A stretch of DNA of 63,833 nucleotides, filler included, from 5 parts of 5 records of this genome joined end to end with filler, not necessarily neighbours in it; one strand, 5' to 3'; counted from the first letter of the whole stretch, positions 19,554 to 30,304 are shown. A program made the numbers and translations. Notes: generated from the sequence alone by a model not told the origin.

Positions 19554-20291
19554 CTAGTTTCTTTGGCGTATTACTTCATAAAGAAATGCACCACAAGCTA
19601 CAGATACATTTAAGGAGTTTATTTCTCCAAGCAAAGGTAGAGAAGCTTTTTGGTCAACTAAACTAAGAACTGATTTGGAAACACCTTTACCTTCAGATCC
19701 CATAATTATGGCTAGTGGTGTTTTTAAATCTAAAGAATAAATTTGATCGTGTGTTTTTTCAGTAGCTGCAAGAGTTGTTATTCCTGAACCTTGTAAGTAG
19801 AAAATAGCGTCTTTAATATGTTCCACTTTACAGATTGGAATTTTAAATATAGCGCCTGCAGAAGTTTTTACAGTGTCACCAGATACTGGTGCACCACCAG
19901 TTTTTTGAATTATTACAGCGTCAACACCTGTGCATTCTGCAGTTCGTAAAATAGCTCCAAAATTTCTAACATCGGTAATCTGATCTAAAATAAGGAATAG
20001 AGGAGTCTTTTCAGCCTCTAAAGCTTTTTCTACGACATCTTCTAATGTATGAAAAGCAACTGGAGAGGTTAAGGCTACAATTCCTTGATGGTTTCCTCTT
20101 GTAAGTCTATTAAGTTTTTCAAAAGGGACAAGACTTACTTGGATGTTTTCTTTTTCCAAATCTTTAATCAACCATTCTATTTTATCGCTTTCAATTCCTT
20201 TTTGAACATAAACTTTGTCAAAAACTACTTTTGATGCTAATGCTTCTTTAATAGGGTAGATACCGAATATGGTGTTTGTTTTGTCGCTCAT
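19554..20291 (-). CDS. rlmB: 23S rRNA Gm2251 methyltransferase
   Basis: NHQG, DVRNFGAILRTA, GSEGKG, SLNVSVA (SPOUT fold). Confidence 0.92.
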   Translation of the reverse strand: MSDKTNTIFGIYPIKEALASKVVFDKVYVQKGIESDKIEWLIKDLEKENIQVSLVPFEKLNRLTRGNHQGIVALTSPVAFHTLEDVVEKALEAEKTPLFLILDQITDVRNFGAILRTAECTGVDAVIIQKTGGAPVSGDTVKTSAGAIFKIPICKVEHIKDAIFYLQGSGITTLAATEKTHDQIYSLDLKTPLAIIMGSEGKGVSKSVLSLVDQKASLPLLGEINSLNVSVACGAFLYEVIRQRN

Positions 20292-20357
20292 TGATAGTAA
20301 GTAAAACTTAATTTATTAGTGGGCAAAGGTAAGTAGAATAAACTGGATTATACATAT

Positions 20358-20390
20358 AAAAAAACACCCCTTAAAAGTAAGGGGTGTTTT
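20358..20390 (-). terminator. Intrinsic terminator of the susCD operon
   Basis: AAAACACCCCTTA-AAAG-TAAGGGGTGTTTT. Confidence 0.8.
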
Positions 20391-20416
20391 AGGTATATTA
20401 AATAAAACTTTAAAAA

Positions 20417-20860
20417 TTAATTTCTAAGTCCTATTACTGATTTAGTTCCTGAAACTACATTAGCACTACCTTCAATTGCAATTGAAAAGTAGCTACGTTC
20501 ATCTGTAATTGTAACATCAATTCCAGTTACTTCAATTTCGCCAACTCTAGAGTTAGCTGGAATAACTAGAGTAGATGGAAATGAGTAGTTTCCTGCATCT
20601 GTTGGAGGATTAGTAACTGGGTCCTCGATAGGTACTTCAATAACATTAAATGTTCTGTCTTCAGAAGAAACGTCATTTACAAATACATTTACAGTAGTTG
20701 ATTTTGACCCACCTTCTGGAATACTATTAATGTTCTTAGATTTATCTGTAAAACCAACAATGGTAGTACGGTCTGCATCGAATTCATTATTATCTGTTTC
20801 GCAGGCAGTAGCTAGGACAACTAATAATCCTAATAAATATAATATTCTAAATTTTTTCAT
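20417..20860 (-). CDS. Surface lipoprotein downstream of SusD (Ig-like)
   Basis: Lipobox ATAC followed by ETDNNE; beta-rich; co-oriented with susD. Confidence 0.75.
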   Translation of the reverse strand: MKKFRILYLLGLLVVLATACETDNNEFDADRTTIVGFTDKSKNINSIPEGGSKSTTVNVFVNDVSSEDRTFNVIEVPIEDPVTNPPTDAGNYSFPSTLVIPANSRVGEIEVTGIDVTITDERSYFSIAIEGSANVVSGTKSVIGLRN

Positions 20861-20882
20861 TGTTTTAATTTTTTAAAGATTA

Positions 20883-22346
20883 TTAATATCCTGGATTTTG
20901 AGCTATGTTAGGATTTTTATCTATTGTCGTTTGCGAGAATGGCAATTGAAATAGATTACTTCCAGCTGGTAGCAATAAATCTTCAGAAGGAGTTCCGCTT
21001 CCATCTTTAATATCTCCAAAATTTTCTCTTTGAACTGGAAGTCCCCATCTTTTTATATCGAAGAAACGTTGGTATTCAAACGCTAATTCAAGTCTTCTTT
21101 CTAAACGGATTGCATCAAGTAAAGCAGTACCAGTTTCTCCACTTGGAGGAGTTGTATACCTTTTAACCCTTAATTCATCTAATGCAGCACGAGCTTCAGC
21201 TTCTCTTCCACCAATATTGTAAAGTGCTTCAGCACGGTTAAGTGCAGCTTCAGCAGCTCTAAATATTTTGTAATCTACAACACCATTACTTAATTGTGTA
21301 GTAGCTCCTTGCTTACCAAATAATTTTCTGATTGAATTATATTCAACACCTTGAGATTTACCAGTAAAGATATATGCTTCTTTTCTAACATCATCTGCAG
21401 CGAACAAGTTCACTAATTCAAAAGAAGCTACATACTCATTTGTAATTGCAGCTGTTGTTCCTTGAGACCAGCTAACACCGATAGCGTTGTTTGTTGTAGT
21501 TTCAGTATTTGGAATTGAAAAGATAAGTCCAGCAGTGCTAGTGTCATCCCAGATATCTGCGAAAGAATCCATAGGAGCAATAGCAGTTGTAACTTCACCA
21601 GCTGCATCAGCTGCTTTTTCCCATTCACCCATATATAAATATACACGAGATAGCAATAAGTTTACTGCATTTTTACCCATTCTTCCTACACCATTTGAAA
21701 CATTTATGTCTTCAACAGCTTCAGTTAAATCTGTAACGATAGCAGCGTAGTTTTCACCCACTGTATTTCTCGCTGGTGTTTGAAATTGATCAACACTAGT
21801 TACATAAGCAACACCTAGGCTAGAATTTGCATCTGCTGATTGTGTAGGAATCTTTCCGAAGAAAGAAACTATGTTTAAATGTGCCATTGCTCTAAGCGCT
21901 TTAGCTTCTGCAAGGATGTTGGCTTTTGAATCATCTTCAAAGTTATCTGCGTTGCTTAATATTAAATTAGCTCTGTAGATAATTGTATAAGCATTATTGT
22001 ATACAGTGGTAATAGTTGAATTTCCATTGTAATCCCAGTCATGCAAATCTCTTGCAGTAAAACGACCGTTTTGTGAAAGGGTAACGTTATCTGAAAGAAT
22101 ATCTGGAGCACTTAGCATAGAGCCAGAAGCTATATAACCATACATACCAACAGTGGTAGATAAATCATCTGAAGAGATTAAACCTTCATAGGTACCTCTA
22201 ATAGCGTTCTCAAAATCTTGAGGAGAGCTATAGGCATTATCGATTGATAATGAATCAAAAGGAATTTGATCCAAGTTGTCTTCACAAGAAGCTAATGCTC
22301 CAATAACAAAGACACCTGCTATTATTTTATTAAATATATTTTTCAT
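20883..22346 (-). CDS. RagB/SusD family lipoprotein
   Basis: Lipobox LASC; EAKALRA, LLLSRVYLY, ERRLELAFE..RFFD, QNPGY end. Confidence 0.93.
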   Translation of the reverse strand: MKNIFNKIIAGVFVIGALASCEDNLDQIPFDSLSIDNAYSSPQDFENAIRGTYEGLISSDDLSTTVGMYGYIASGSMLSAPDILSDNVTLSQNGRFTARDLHDWDYNGNSTITTVYNNAYTIIYRANLILSNADNFEDDSKANILAEAKALRAMAHLNIVSFFGKIPTQSADANSSLGVAYVTSVDQFQTPARNTVGENYAAIVTDLTEAVEDINVSNGVGRMGKNAVNLLLSRVYLYMGEWEKAADAAGEVTTAIAPMDSFADIWDDTSTAGLIFSIPNTETTTNNAIGVSWSQGTTAAITNEYVASFELVNLFAADDVRKEAYIFTGKSQGVEYNSIRKLFGKQGATTQLSNGVVDYKIFRAAEAALNRAEALYNIGGREAEARAALDELRVKRYTTPPSGETGTALLDAIRLERRLELAFEYQRFFDIKRWGLPVQRENFGDIKDGSGTPSEDLLLPAGSNLFQLPFSQTTIDKNPNIAQNPGY

Positions 22347-22365
22347 TTTACTTTTTTTTTAAAAA

Positions 22366-22974
22366 TTAGAAACTTACGTCCAAACCAATTTGAATTGATT
22401 TAGTGTTTGGATAGCTATATAAAGTTGCTTCACCAGGAGCTACTGCATCTGCAAAGCTAATTGTTTCTCCAGAAGAAAGACCTACTTCAGGATCTCCATA
22501 AAATTCTGTAAAAGTCAATAGATTTTGTCCTTGAACATAGATTCTAAATGAATTGAAAGGTAGGTTGTCCATATACTTACGAGGAAGGTTATAAGACAAT
22601 GTTACGTTTCTCATACGGATATAATCACCTTTTTCAAGGAATCTATCAGAATTAATGTCATTCTCACCTGTAAGAGTTGTTCTTGGATCTGGTAAAACAT
22701 TAGTATCACCAGGTTGTTGCCAGTAATTCATAGCAGAAACAGCTTGGTTGTCTGTTAAAGCTCCATCAGAGTTTAAGTTAGATCTAACAAAGTTGTTAAT
22801 CCAGTTTCCAGATTTGAATACGAAATCAGCTCTTAATCCAAAACCTTTATAGTTTAAGTTAGTAAAGAAACCACCTTCTTTATCTGCGATAGTAGACTTA
22901 CCTTGTAATACACGGTCAGTATCTTGATTGATTTGATCAGCATAAACGATGTCGCCTTCTGCAGTATAATACTG
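22366..22974 (-). CDS. SusC/RagA TonB-dependent transporter, 3' part (partial)
   Basis: EKGDYIRMRNVTLSY, GQNLLTFT, DPE, YPNTKSIQIGLDVSF; extends to the contig end. Confidence 0.92.
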   Translation of the reverse strand, partial: QYYTAEGDIVYADQINQDTDRVLQGKSTIADKEGGFFTNLNYKGFGLRADFVFKSGNWINNFVRSNLNSDGALTDNQAVSAMNYWQQPGDTNVLPDPRTTLTGENDINSDRFLEKGDYIRMRNVTLSYNLPRKYMDNLPFNSFRIYVQGQNLLTFTEFYGDPEVGLSSGETISFADAVAPGEATLYSYPNTKSIQIGLDVSF

Positions 22975-23074
22975 NNNNNNNNNNNNNNNNNNNNNNNNNN
23001 NNNNNNNNNNNNNNNNNNTTAATTAATTAANNNNNNNNNNNNNNNNNNNNNNNNNNNNNNNNNNNNNNNNNNNN
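22975..23074. other. Artificial contig linker
   Basis: N44-TTAATTAATTAA-N44. Confidence 0.98.
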
Positions 23075-23256
23075 GTTGTATATCCTGTCCACTGATTTCT
23101 ATAAAGAAAAGACACAGAACCCGTATCATCCATACCAACCCATGCAGGGTTATAACTGGCAGGGTTGAACATATAATGGCTAAAGAAGAGACTACTCTGC
23201 CCGTGGGAAGAATAGACACTTAGAGCCAACCATATGTAAAAGAGGGCTTTCCTCAT
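23075..23256 (-). CDS. PorP/SprF family type IX secretion membrane protein, 5' part (partial)
   Basis: Signal peptide followed by FSHYMFNPASYNPAWVG...YRNQWTG. Confidence 0.85.
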
Positions 23257-23312
23257 TTGTAGGGGTAAAGTTTAAATCTGCTTTAACAAAAATACCCCAG
23301 ACAATCAATTTA

Positions 23313-24098
23313 TCACAAATTGTTGGCCTTTTTAATATAGAGTTCCAATGCACCAGTCATGGACGGTGCGCTTGGTAGTGGCGCTTGAATGTCCAGAATA
23401 AGACCTGCATCTTTCACGGCTTTAGCAGTAGTAGGGCCAAAAGCAGCTATTCGTGTTTTGTTTTGCTTGAAATCAGGAAAATTGTCAAAAAGAGATGCTA
23501 TGCCGGACGGACTGAAAAAGGCAATGACATCATACGTAATCTCAGATAAATCGGAAAGATTTGCTGCTACAGTTTTGTAAATGATCGCTTCAGAAAATTT
23601 TATCCCGTTCTGCTCCATAAACTTTGGAATATCGTCCTTTCTGATATCTGAACAAGGAAAAAGATATCGTTCAGACTTGTGCTTTTTAACAACCTCCAAC
23701 AAATCTTCTGCTGTTCTTTCACCCGTGAAGATTTTACGCTTCCGGATGACGATATATTTTTGAAGGTAATTTGCTGTCTGTTCTGAAATACAGAAGTATT
23801 TCATGTCGGTAGGGATTTCCACTTTGCTTTCAGCAGCCAATCTGAAAAAATGATCAACCGCATTTCTGCTAGTGAAAATAATTGCTGTATGATCAAGTAT
23901 ATTGATTTTTTGTCTCCTGAAATCTTTGATCCCAACAGGGTCAATTTCGATAAACTGTCGAAAATCAATTTTCACTTTGTACTTAGCCGCAAGCTTGCCG
24001 TACGGGGAGTTTTCATCACTCGGCTCTGGTTGCGACACTAAAATTGAGGCAACTTTATTTAACCTTTCCTTGTCTGTGATTAGCAGTTCTTCACTCAT
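23313..24098 (-). CDS. hemD: Uroporphyrinogen-III synthase
   Basis: SILVSQPEP, IFTSRNAVDHFF, FFSPSGI, AAFGPTTA; start placed at MSEELL. Confidence 0.88.
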   Translation of the reverse strand: MSEELLITDKERLNKVASILVSQPEPSDENSPYGKLAAKYKVKIDFRQFIEIDPVGIKDFRRQKINILDHTAIIFTSRNAVDHFFRLAAESKVEIPTDMKYFCISEQTANYLQKYIVIRKRKIFTGERTAEDLLEVVKKHKSERYLFPCSDIRKDDIPKFMEQNGIKFSEAIIYKTVAANLSDLSEITYDVIAFFSPSGIASLFDNFPDFKQNKTRIAAFGPTTAKAVKDAGLILDIQAPLPSAPSMTGALELYIKKANNL

Positions 24099-24130
24099 TC
24101 CTATCCTTAATTTTGAGACTTTAGCGTTAC

Positions 24131-25207
24131 CTAGTTCAACAAAAAGTAAATCATCATGAATCCAGGTAAGAATTCGGTGGTGCAAAGGTAAGAAATAATC
24201 AGCATTTTATTGAGTCGAATTAATTTTTGAATTTTAAGGAATATCCCAATTTGGAAGAGGATTACAGAAAGAACAAGAAAATAGGTGAGTGCACCTATAC
24301 TTTGGAAACCGCTGAAGGAGGCATTCGAAAAATCGATAAAGGTGATCGTCAAAACCACAACAAAAATCCAGTTGAAGAAATTTAAGAAGTCCTGATTCTG
24401 GATATTTCCAAGTCCCCTGAATTTAAATACCATCGCCAGAATCACAGTGACTAGATACTTTAAAAGGATAATTAAAAGAACAACAATGAACTTGGTGAAC
24501 CCACTCAATAACACACCAAAAAATCCCATCGACTCGAATTCCCGTGCTTCGTTTTTAAATTCGAAATACTCTAGACAAAGGGCAGCTACAACCGAAAAAT
24601 AAATGATAAAAAGAATATTGTCGAATCTCAGGTAATCCGAGTAATACTCATCAATATTTGAGCCCCTAACCTGAAATGGATTTTGAAGCGATCGGTGAAA
24701 TCGCTGTGTGAAAAATCTTTTTTGAAAGGCCAGAAGGAACAGAATTAGTATAAGTCCACCAATATAAAAATTTATGAACGCTTCTGTTCTTCGTTCGTGG
24801 ACTGCAAATGACTCATCACCCGAAACTACAAGACCAAGAATTTCGGTCCTCAGTTTGGACATGCTCTTGTTAGAATAGATTTGGATTACGATAGAATCAC
24901 CGGATAGAATTTCTTTTAGCGAATCAATCGGATACAAGACACAATCATCTATCTGGCTATTCAAAAGCTTGAGGTTAGCCCAAATGTCTATTGGCTCGTT
25001 GTTACAAATCCTTAATACGCCTCCTTTTTTTTCTGGCAACTGAAAACTAATCAGTCGTGGTGTTGTGGTATTAATCACAGGCTGAATGCCCTCTTCCTCG
25101 ATTTGAATCCAACTATACCGTAGGTTCTCAATGAGTATGGTATCATTGTTTGAGAACGCTAAAAATTGAAGAGTGCTAAAAATAAGTGCTAAAAACGCTT
25201 TCATCAA
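24131..25207 (-). CDS. Multi-pass membrane protein (DUF4271-like)
   Basis: Several TM helices; C-terminal ISYLCTTEFLP; upstream of hemD. Confidence 0.75.
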   Translation of the reverse strand: MMKAFLALIFSTLQFLAFSNNDTILIENLRYSWIQIEEEGIQPVINTTTPRLISFQLPEKKGGVLRICNNEPIDIWANLKLLNSQIDDCVLYPIDSLKEILSGDSIVIQIYSNKSMSKLRTEILGLVVSGDESFAVHERRTEAFINFYIGGLILILFLLAFQKRFFTQRFHRSLQNPFQVRGSNIDEYYSDYLRFDNILFIIYFSVVAALCLEYFEFKNEAREFESMGFFGVLLSGFTKFIVVLLIILLKYLVTVILAMVFKFRGLGNIQNQDFLNFFNWIFVVVLTITFIDFSNASFSGFQSIGALTYFLVLSVILFQIGIFLKIQKLIRLNKMLIISYLCTTEFLPGFMMIYFLLN

Positions 25208-26871
25208 AATCTGGAAATGTATCCAAAATGGATTTTAGCATTGGATAAATCGAATGGAACATCCCTGGATTTTCCCATTGCCATGGCAAAGTTAAACAAG
25301 CCGCTGCTGGTAGATAAGGTCATACCTAAGCCAAATCCCACAGGGAAAGAGGCACCCGTTCCGGATTGATAGTACAACTGGTCGTAAAACAGCATAAAAT
25401 AAGATTCACGTTCAAAGTATTGTCTAAGCTCAAACCTACTCAAAGCATATTTACTCGTATAAAAAAAATTCTCGTTGAATCCGCGCACGGATCTCAAACC
25501 CCCAATTCGATACATTTCGTTGTTTTGAATCTGGTCGTTGTATAACAAACCCAATTCGGCCTGATGGTACACGGCAGTTTGCCGACCAATTCTTTTCTGG
25601 TATTTGATACCCGCTTCCAGTTTCATCAGATTACTCTTTAACTGCAGGCTATCATAGAACTCCTCTGTAAGTTTTGGGTTTCTATTTATGGTTTTCTTAC
25701 CCACTGCAAGAGATGTCAATAACTTGAAACCTGACCTGAACCCAAACGGTACATTGTAATTATTGACCTCAGCTGATAAGCTGTAAATATCCCGTTGGTA
25801 ATCCACCAGGTTTTTTGTTGATAGTTGTTCCAGATTGGTAGTAATAAGATTACCAGAAGACCTGAAATAACCCGCTCTAAAAATGCCGCTACTGCCAAAG
25901 TAGGTGCCCAAAGAGAGCTTCCATTCCTGATTGACAAAGCTCGTGTCCTGTTTGAAAATCGAAAAACCAACATCCAAGAGTAGCCTTGTTTCTATAAGAA
26001 AAGGATGACGATAATCGAGGTTCAGCGATTGAGATTCGGACGCAAACCGATTCCACTCGAATAGAAATGCTTTGCCGGATTGAAAAAGGTTGTTCAACTC
26101 CAAGTCGAGATAACCGGTGAGGAGCGGTTTGCCCGCTGATTGACCTGGCAAAAAGCCAACCACACCTTCGAAGGAATTGGAAGAGCGCTCCGCAAGATCC
26201 AAATAAATTGTGGCCACATCATCCTCAAATGAAATATCTGGTGGGGTCTTCAAATCAAGATATGGAAGCCTTGAAATTCGCGTCTCAATCAAATCAAAAG
26301 AGGATTCATCGAAAGGAGAACCGCGCTCGATCTGCAAGGCCTTTTCAATGTACCTGCTATCTGTTTTGGTTTTAGTGACTAAAAAAAGCGTGTCGTAGGA
26401 GATAAAGGGTCCTTTTTCAAGAAACAAATCGGCCACATACTGATCGTTACTAGTTCTTATATTTTCAATCTGAACAAGTGCAAATGGATATCCATTTTCA
26501 GACCAATTCCGAAGTGTAGCTTCAACAAATCCGAAAACATTCTTATTCCTATTTAAAAAACGAGCTTCCCAAACCGAGTCTGAAGAACTAATCTTGCCTA
26601 CCGAAAAATTAACTGGCTCACCACGATGAATTGAGGTAACCGAATCTGTAGCATTAACAATTTGACTAAATAAATAACCTTTTTTCCAAAGCTGAAGCAG
26701 CACCGCGCTGGATCGCGCACCCATTTGATCGGGATTGGTTAACGAACCTTTCCAAACGAGTTGAGAATCGACATAAATCCGTTGTTCCTGTGCCTTCGCT
26801 TCGAAAAAAAGGGTCAGCAAAGAAATCGAAAGTGAAACCCAAAAATAAAACCTGGTGCTACGGTTCATCAT
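25204..26871 (-). CDS. Omp85 (BamA/TamA-like) outer-membrane protein
   Basis: POTRA-like ENGYPFA, YRIGGLRSVRGFNE, C-terminal KIHFGYISRF. Confidence 0.82.
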   Translation of the reverse strand: MMNRSTRFYFWVSLSISLLTLFFEAKAQEQRIYVDSQLVWKGSLTNPDQMGARSSAVLLQLWKKGYLFSQIVNATDSVTSIHRGEPVNFSVGKISSSDSVWEARFLNRNKNVFGFVEATLRNWSENGYPFALVQIENIRTSNDQYVADLFLEKGPFISYDTLFLVTKTKTDSRYIEKALQIERGSPFDESSFDLIETRISRLPYLDLKTPPDISFEDDVATIYLDLAERSSNSFEGVVGFLPGQSAGKPLLTGYLDLELNNLFQSGKAFLFEWNRFASESQSLNLDYRHPFLIETRLLLDVGFSIFKQDTSFVNQEWKLSLGTYFGSSGIFRAGYFRSSGNLITTNLEQLSTKNLVDYQRDIYSLSAEVNNYNVPFGFRSGFKLLTSLAVGKKTINRNPKLTEEFYDSLQLKSNLMKLEAGIKYQKRIGRQTAVYHQAELGLLYNDQIQNNEMYRIGGLRSVRGFNENFFYTSKYALSRFELRQYFERESYFMLFYDQLYYQSGTGASFPVGFGLGMTLSTSSGLFNFAMAMGKSRDVPFDLSNAKIHFGYISRF

Positions 26872-26935
26872 TAACTTTGTAAGTTAGCGATAGTCTCTAA
26901 GTGATCGCCCACCAGTCCAATCTGAACTAGAAAAA

Positions 26936-28066
26936 TTGTCCGGAATATATATCCATATCCCCTTTTGCAAACAGGCCTGCCACTATTGTGATTTCCACTT
27001 CAGCACCAACCTGACACAAGTGAATGCCATGCATCAGGCGATTTGCAAGGAGCTTTCACTCCGAAAAGATTTTCTCAAGGACGATTTAGTAGAAACGATC
27101 TACTTCGGAGGGGGGACACCTTCTATCCTTTCCAGTCAACAACTTCATGAGATCATTGAACAAATACATGCAAGCTTCAAAGTTTCCGGTAACGTGGAGC
27201 TTACGCTGGAAGCAAACCCGGATGATCTTTCTAAAACGAAAATTGAGGAATTAAAAGCGATTGGATTTAATCGTTTGAGTATTGGGGTTCAAACTTTTGA
27301 TAACGATCGGCTGAAATATATCAACCGCACGCACACATCAAAAGAGGCAATAGAATCAATTAAAAATGCTCAAAAAGCTGGTTTTAATAACCTGACCGCT
27401 GACCTTATTTATGCCATTCCTCCTGAGAGTCTTGACTACTGGAAAAAGGATCTTGAACAAATGATTGCACTTGGGCTTCCACACATTTCCCTTTATGGGC
27501 TAACAATCGAAGAAAAAACAGTATTTGGCAATTGGCTGGCCAAGGGAAAACTTCACGAGACGCCTGAGGAAATAGCGGCTATGCAGTATCGGTTTGCTAT
27601 AGAAACCCTAACCAAAGCAGGATATCAGCATTACGAGGTTTCCAACTTTGCAAAACCCGGATTTGAGTCCAGGCATAACTCTGCGTACTGGGCAGGTAAA
27701 AAATACCTTGGTATTGGACCAGGAGCACATTCTTATGATTCGGACAGTCGCTCCTACAGCATTCAGAACAATGCGAAGTACATCCGCTCGTTGAATGAGA
27801 GCAAAGTTCCTTTGACCACCGAAATACTTTCTGAAAAACAAAAACTGAATGAGTACCTACTAACGCGGTTACGAACAGCGGCAGGTATAAATCTCGATGA
27901 CTTTGCGATGACGTTTGGAATTGAACTTAGATTGGATCGTAAGAAGGAAATCAGTCAGCTGATTGACCAGAAATTGGTGAAGACTTCAGGGTCGGGGCTA
28001 AGCCTGACGACCGATGGATTTATGATCGCGGATGAAATCGCTTTGAGATTGTTTTACGATGAATAG
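26936..28066 (+). CDS. hemW: Radical SAM heme chaperone HemW
   Basis: YIHIPFCKQACHYCDF, YFGGGTPS, HYEVSNF, HNSAYW. Confidence 0.93.
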   Translation: MSGIYIHIPFCKQACHYCDFHFSTNLTQVNAMHQAICKELSLRKDFLKDDLVETIYFGGGTPSILSSQQLHEIIEQIHASFKVSGNVELTLEANPDDLSKTKIEELKAIGFNRLSIGVQTFDNDRLKYINRTHTSKEAIESIKNAQKAGFNNLTADLIYAIPPESLDYWKKDLEQMIALGLPHISLYGLTIEEKTVFGNWLAKGKLHETPEEIAAMQYRFAIETLTKAGYQHYEVSNFAKPGFESRHNSAYWAGKKYLGIGPGAHSYDSDSRSYSIQNNAKYIRSLNESKVPLTTEILSEKQKLNEYLLTRLRTAAGINLDDFAMTFGIELRLDRKKEISQLIDQKLVKTSGSGLSLTTDGFMIADEIALRLFYDE

Positions 28067-28086
28067 AAATACCTTAATTTTAATGA

Positions 28087-28452
28087 ATGGACGCTGATCT
28101 AAAAAAGGCTATCATGTTGTTGAAGTCATTGATTTTTCATTACCACGGCTTGGACGATGAAGAAAAACTACTTCTGGAAAAATCTGCCAAGAAGTATGAT
28201 GCTTTAGACGAACTGGACTGGTCTTACAACTTCATATCTGAAGACTATATGTCAGCTTTCGAACGGTCAAAGGAGTTTTTGTCTAAAAATTTCGGCAAGC
28301 TCGACAAAAAGACACAATTAGCACATCTGACCGAAGTTTGGGAAGAGAATCATCGGAAAGGCTATGTAACCGAAATGGAAACGACAGCCATGATCAACCT
28401 TGCCAAGGAGTGGCATTTGGAAAAGGAATTTCTTAAAAAAATCAATCACTAA
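28087..28452 (+). CDS. Hypothetical helical protein (possibly TerB-like)
   Basis: 121-aa ORF right after hemW, with two G-x(4)-E-type repeats. Confidence 0.65.
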   Translation: MDADLKKAIMLLKSLIFHYHGLDDEEKLLLEKSAKKYDALDELDWSYNFISEDYMSAFERSKEFLSKNFGKLDKKTQLAHLTEVWEENHRKGYVTEMETTAMINLAKEWHLEKEFLKKINH

Positions 28453-29162
28453 AGGCTCATTCGCTCCTTGAATCGGGCAGCCTGTCGACGACTCACTTCG
28501 ATTTTTTCGCCCCCTTTCAATTGAACAAGAAGGCCTCCGTTGAACCAGGTATCAATATTTTCCACCCACCCCAAGTTGATAATGTGCTTACGGCTAGCTC
28601 GAAAAAATGAACGGCTGTCCAAGCGTTCGTCCAAAGCATTGAGCGACTTATGAATCATTGGTTTGTTAGTGCCGAAGAAAACCTTGATGTAATTTCCGTC
28701 TGATTCAAATAGACGAACATCCGAAAGTTTCACAAACCAGCAGCGATCACCGTCTTTCACAAAAACCTGATCGTCACTTCCCAAGGTTTTTTTATCGTGA
28801 AGCTCATCAATGTAGTTTTCCTTTTTGATCTTATTGATGGCCGCTCCCAGCCGTTCAGGCTGGATTGGTTTAAGCAGATAATCGAGCGCATTAACGTCAA
28901 AAGCCTTGATCGCAAATTCATCATAGGCGGTTGTGAAAATCACATCAGGTACTTTTTCCAATTTCTCAAGCAAGTCAAAACCCGATTCACCTGGCATTTG
29001 AATATCCAGAAAAATAAGATCCGGATTCAATTTAGTGATCTGAGTAAGTGCTTCATCCACGTTTGCCGCCTCACCGATGATCTCAATGTCTTTATAGTCC
29101 GCAAGAAGTGTGGTCAACTCTTTTCTCGCCAATCGTTCATCGTCTACTATTAGTGCTTTCAT
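28449..29162 (-). CDS. LytTR-family response regulator
   Basis: IVDDE, FLDIQMP, FTTAY, DYLLKP, and LytTR-type FFRASRKHIIN. Confidence 0.93.
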   Translation of the reverse strand: MKALIVDDERLARKELTTLLADYKDIEIIGEAANVDEALTQITKLNPDLIFLDIQMPGESGFDLLEKLEKVPDVIFTTAYDEFAIKAFDVNALDYLLKPIQPERLGAAINKIKKENYIDELHDKKTLGSDDQVFVKDGDRCWFVKLSDVRLFESDGNYIKVFFGTNKPMIHKSLNALDERLDSRSFFRASRKHIINLGWVENIDTWFNGGLLVQLKGGEKIEVSRRQAARFKERMSL

Positions 29163-29278
29163 ATGGTATTTACTTAATCTGCCTAGGCAATAAAATCAAA
29201 TCAACTTAAAATTTATCAATTCAGATACATATTCTTCCTTTCTCAACATCCTTGCTAGTCTCTCACAAATTACTTTAA

Positions 29279-30304
29279 CTACAAAGATCGAGGGATGGTT
29301 ATGGTAGTGAGGACTTTACCCTCCCCATCATTGTCAATCGAAAATTTTGCCTGTAGCCCGTATATCAGTTCCAACCGCTTTTTCGTATTGCTGATGCCAA
29401 ACCCAGAACCATCATCAAATTCCCTGGGTTGAAACTTGCCCGAATTACGAATTTCAATCACCAGAGTGCCGTTTTCCACTACGGTTGTCAAGCTAATTTT
29501 TCCCCCGTTTTTCAGCTCAGCTATACCATGTTTGATCCCGTTTTCAACTAAGGTTTGAACCATCAATGGGGGGATAAGATAATCCATGGAAGCTGGATCA
29601 ATATCAAAGACTGTTGTTAAGCGTTCCTCGTAGCGAATGGATTCAAGTGCCAGGTAGTCCTTTATGGTGATGAGTTCTTCCGAAAAATGAACGAGACGCT
29701 GACGATCCACCATCAGGGAATTTCTCAATATGTTGGAAAGTTGCGTAATCGCGTTTTTTGACTTCTTTGGATCCTCATCCACCAGAGCGCGGATACTGTT
29801 TAGGGCGTTAAATATAAAATGAGGGTTGAGCTGCGACCTGAGGTTCTTCAGCTCAATTTCCCGAACGGCCGCTTCGTATTTCAGGGACTTGTTGTAATTC
29901 TCAAAATAATGGAATGAAAGATAGATCATCGTCCAGATGGCGTAGATGATCATGGGTCCAAATAAATTCAATATGACAGGAATGAGCATAAAGTCCCGGC
30001 GAGTGAGTTCATCAATCACATAGGTGTAGCCAACCAGAGAACCATAATTCAAAATACTCAGCAGGAAAATCAATCCTAAGACCCTTGGAATCAGTGATGA
30101 AAGGGAATAACTGAGCCAGCCAAAATGGATCAGAGAAAAACGAATGAAGTGGGTGCTCAGGATATAGAAAAGGACTAGAATCAGCTCGCCAACGACGTGC
30201 TGCAAGTTGGTAGGCTCTGCTATAGAATACAGCACGATCTGGAGCAGCCCATAAAGTGACCACCCTCCGATCTGACAAAGCCAGTATACCCGTTTTTTAT
30301 TCAA
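29279..30304 (-). CDS. LytS/YehU-family sensor histidine kinase
   Basis: Four TM helices, LRSQLNPHFIFNALN, QTLVENGIKHG, GFGISN. Confidence 0.92.
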   Translation of the reverse strand: MNKKRVYWLCQIGGWSLYGLLQIVLYSIAEPTNLQHVVGELILVLFYILSTHFIRFSLIHFGWLSYSLSSLIPRVLGLIFLLSILNYGSLVGYTYVIDELTRRDFMLIPVILNLFGPMIIYAIWTMIYLSFHYFENYNKSLKYEAAVREIELKNLRSQLNPHFIFNALNSIRALVDEDPKKSKNAITQLSNILRNSLMVDRQRLVHFSEELITIKDYLALESIRYEERLTTVFDIDPASMDYLIPPLMVQTLVENGIKHGIAELKNGGKISLTTVVENGTLVIEIRNSGKFQPREFDDGSGFGISNTKKRLELIYGLQAKFSIDNDGEGKVLTTITIPRSL

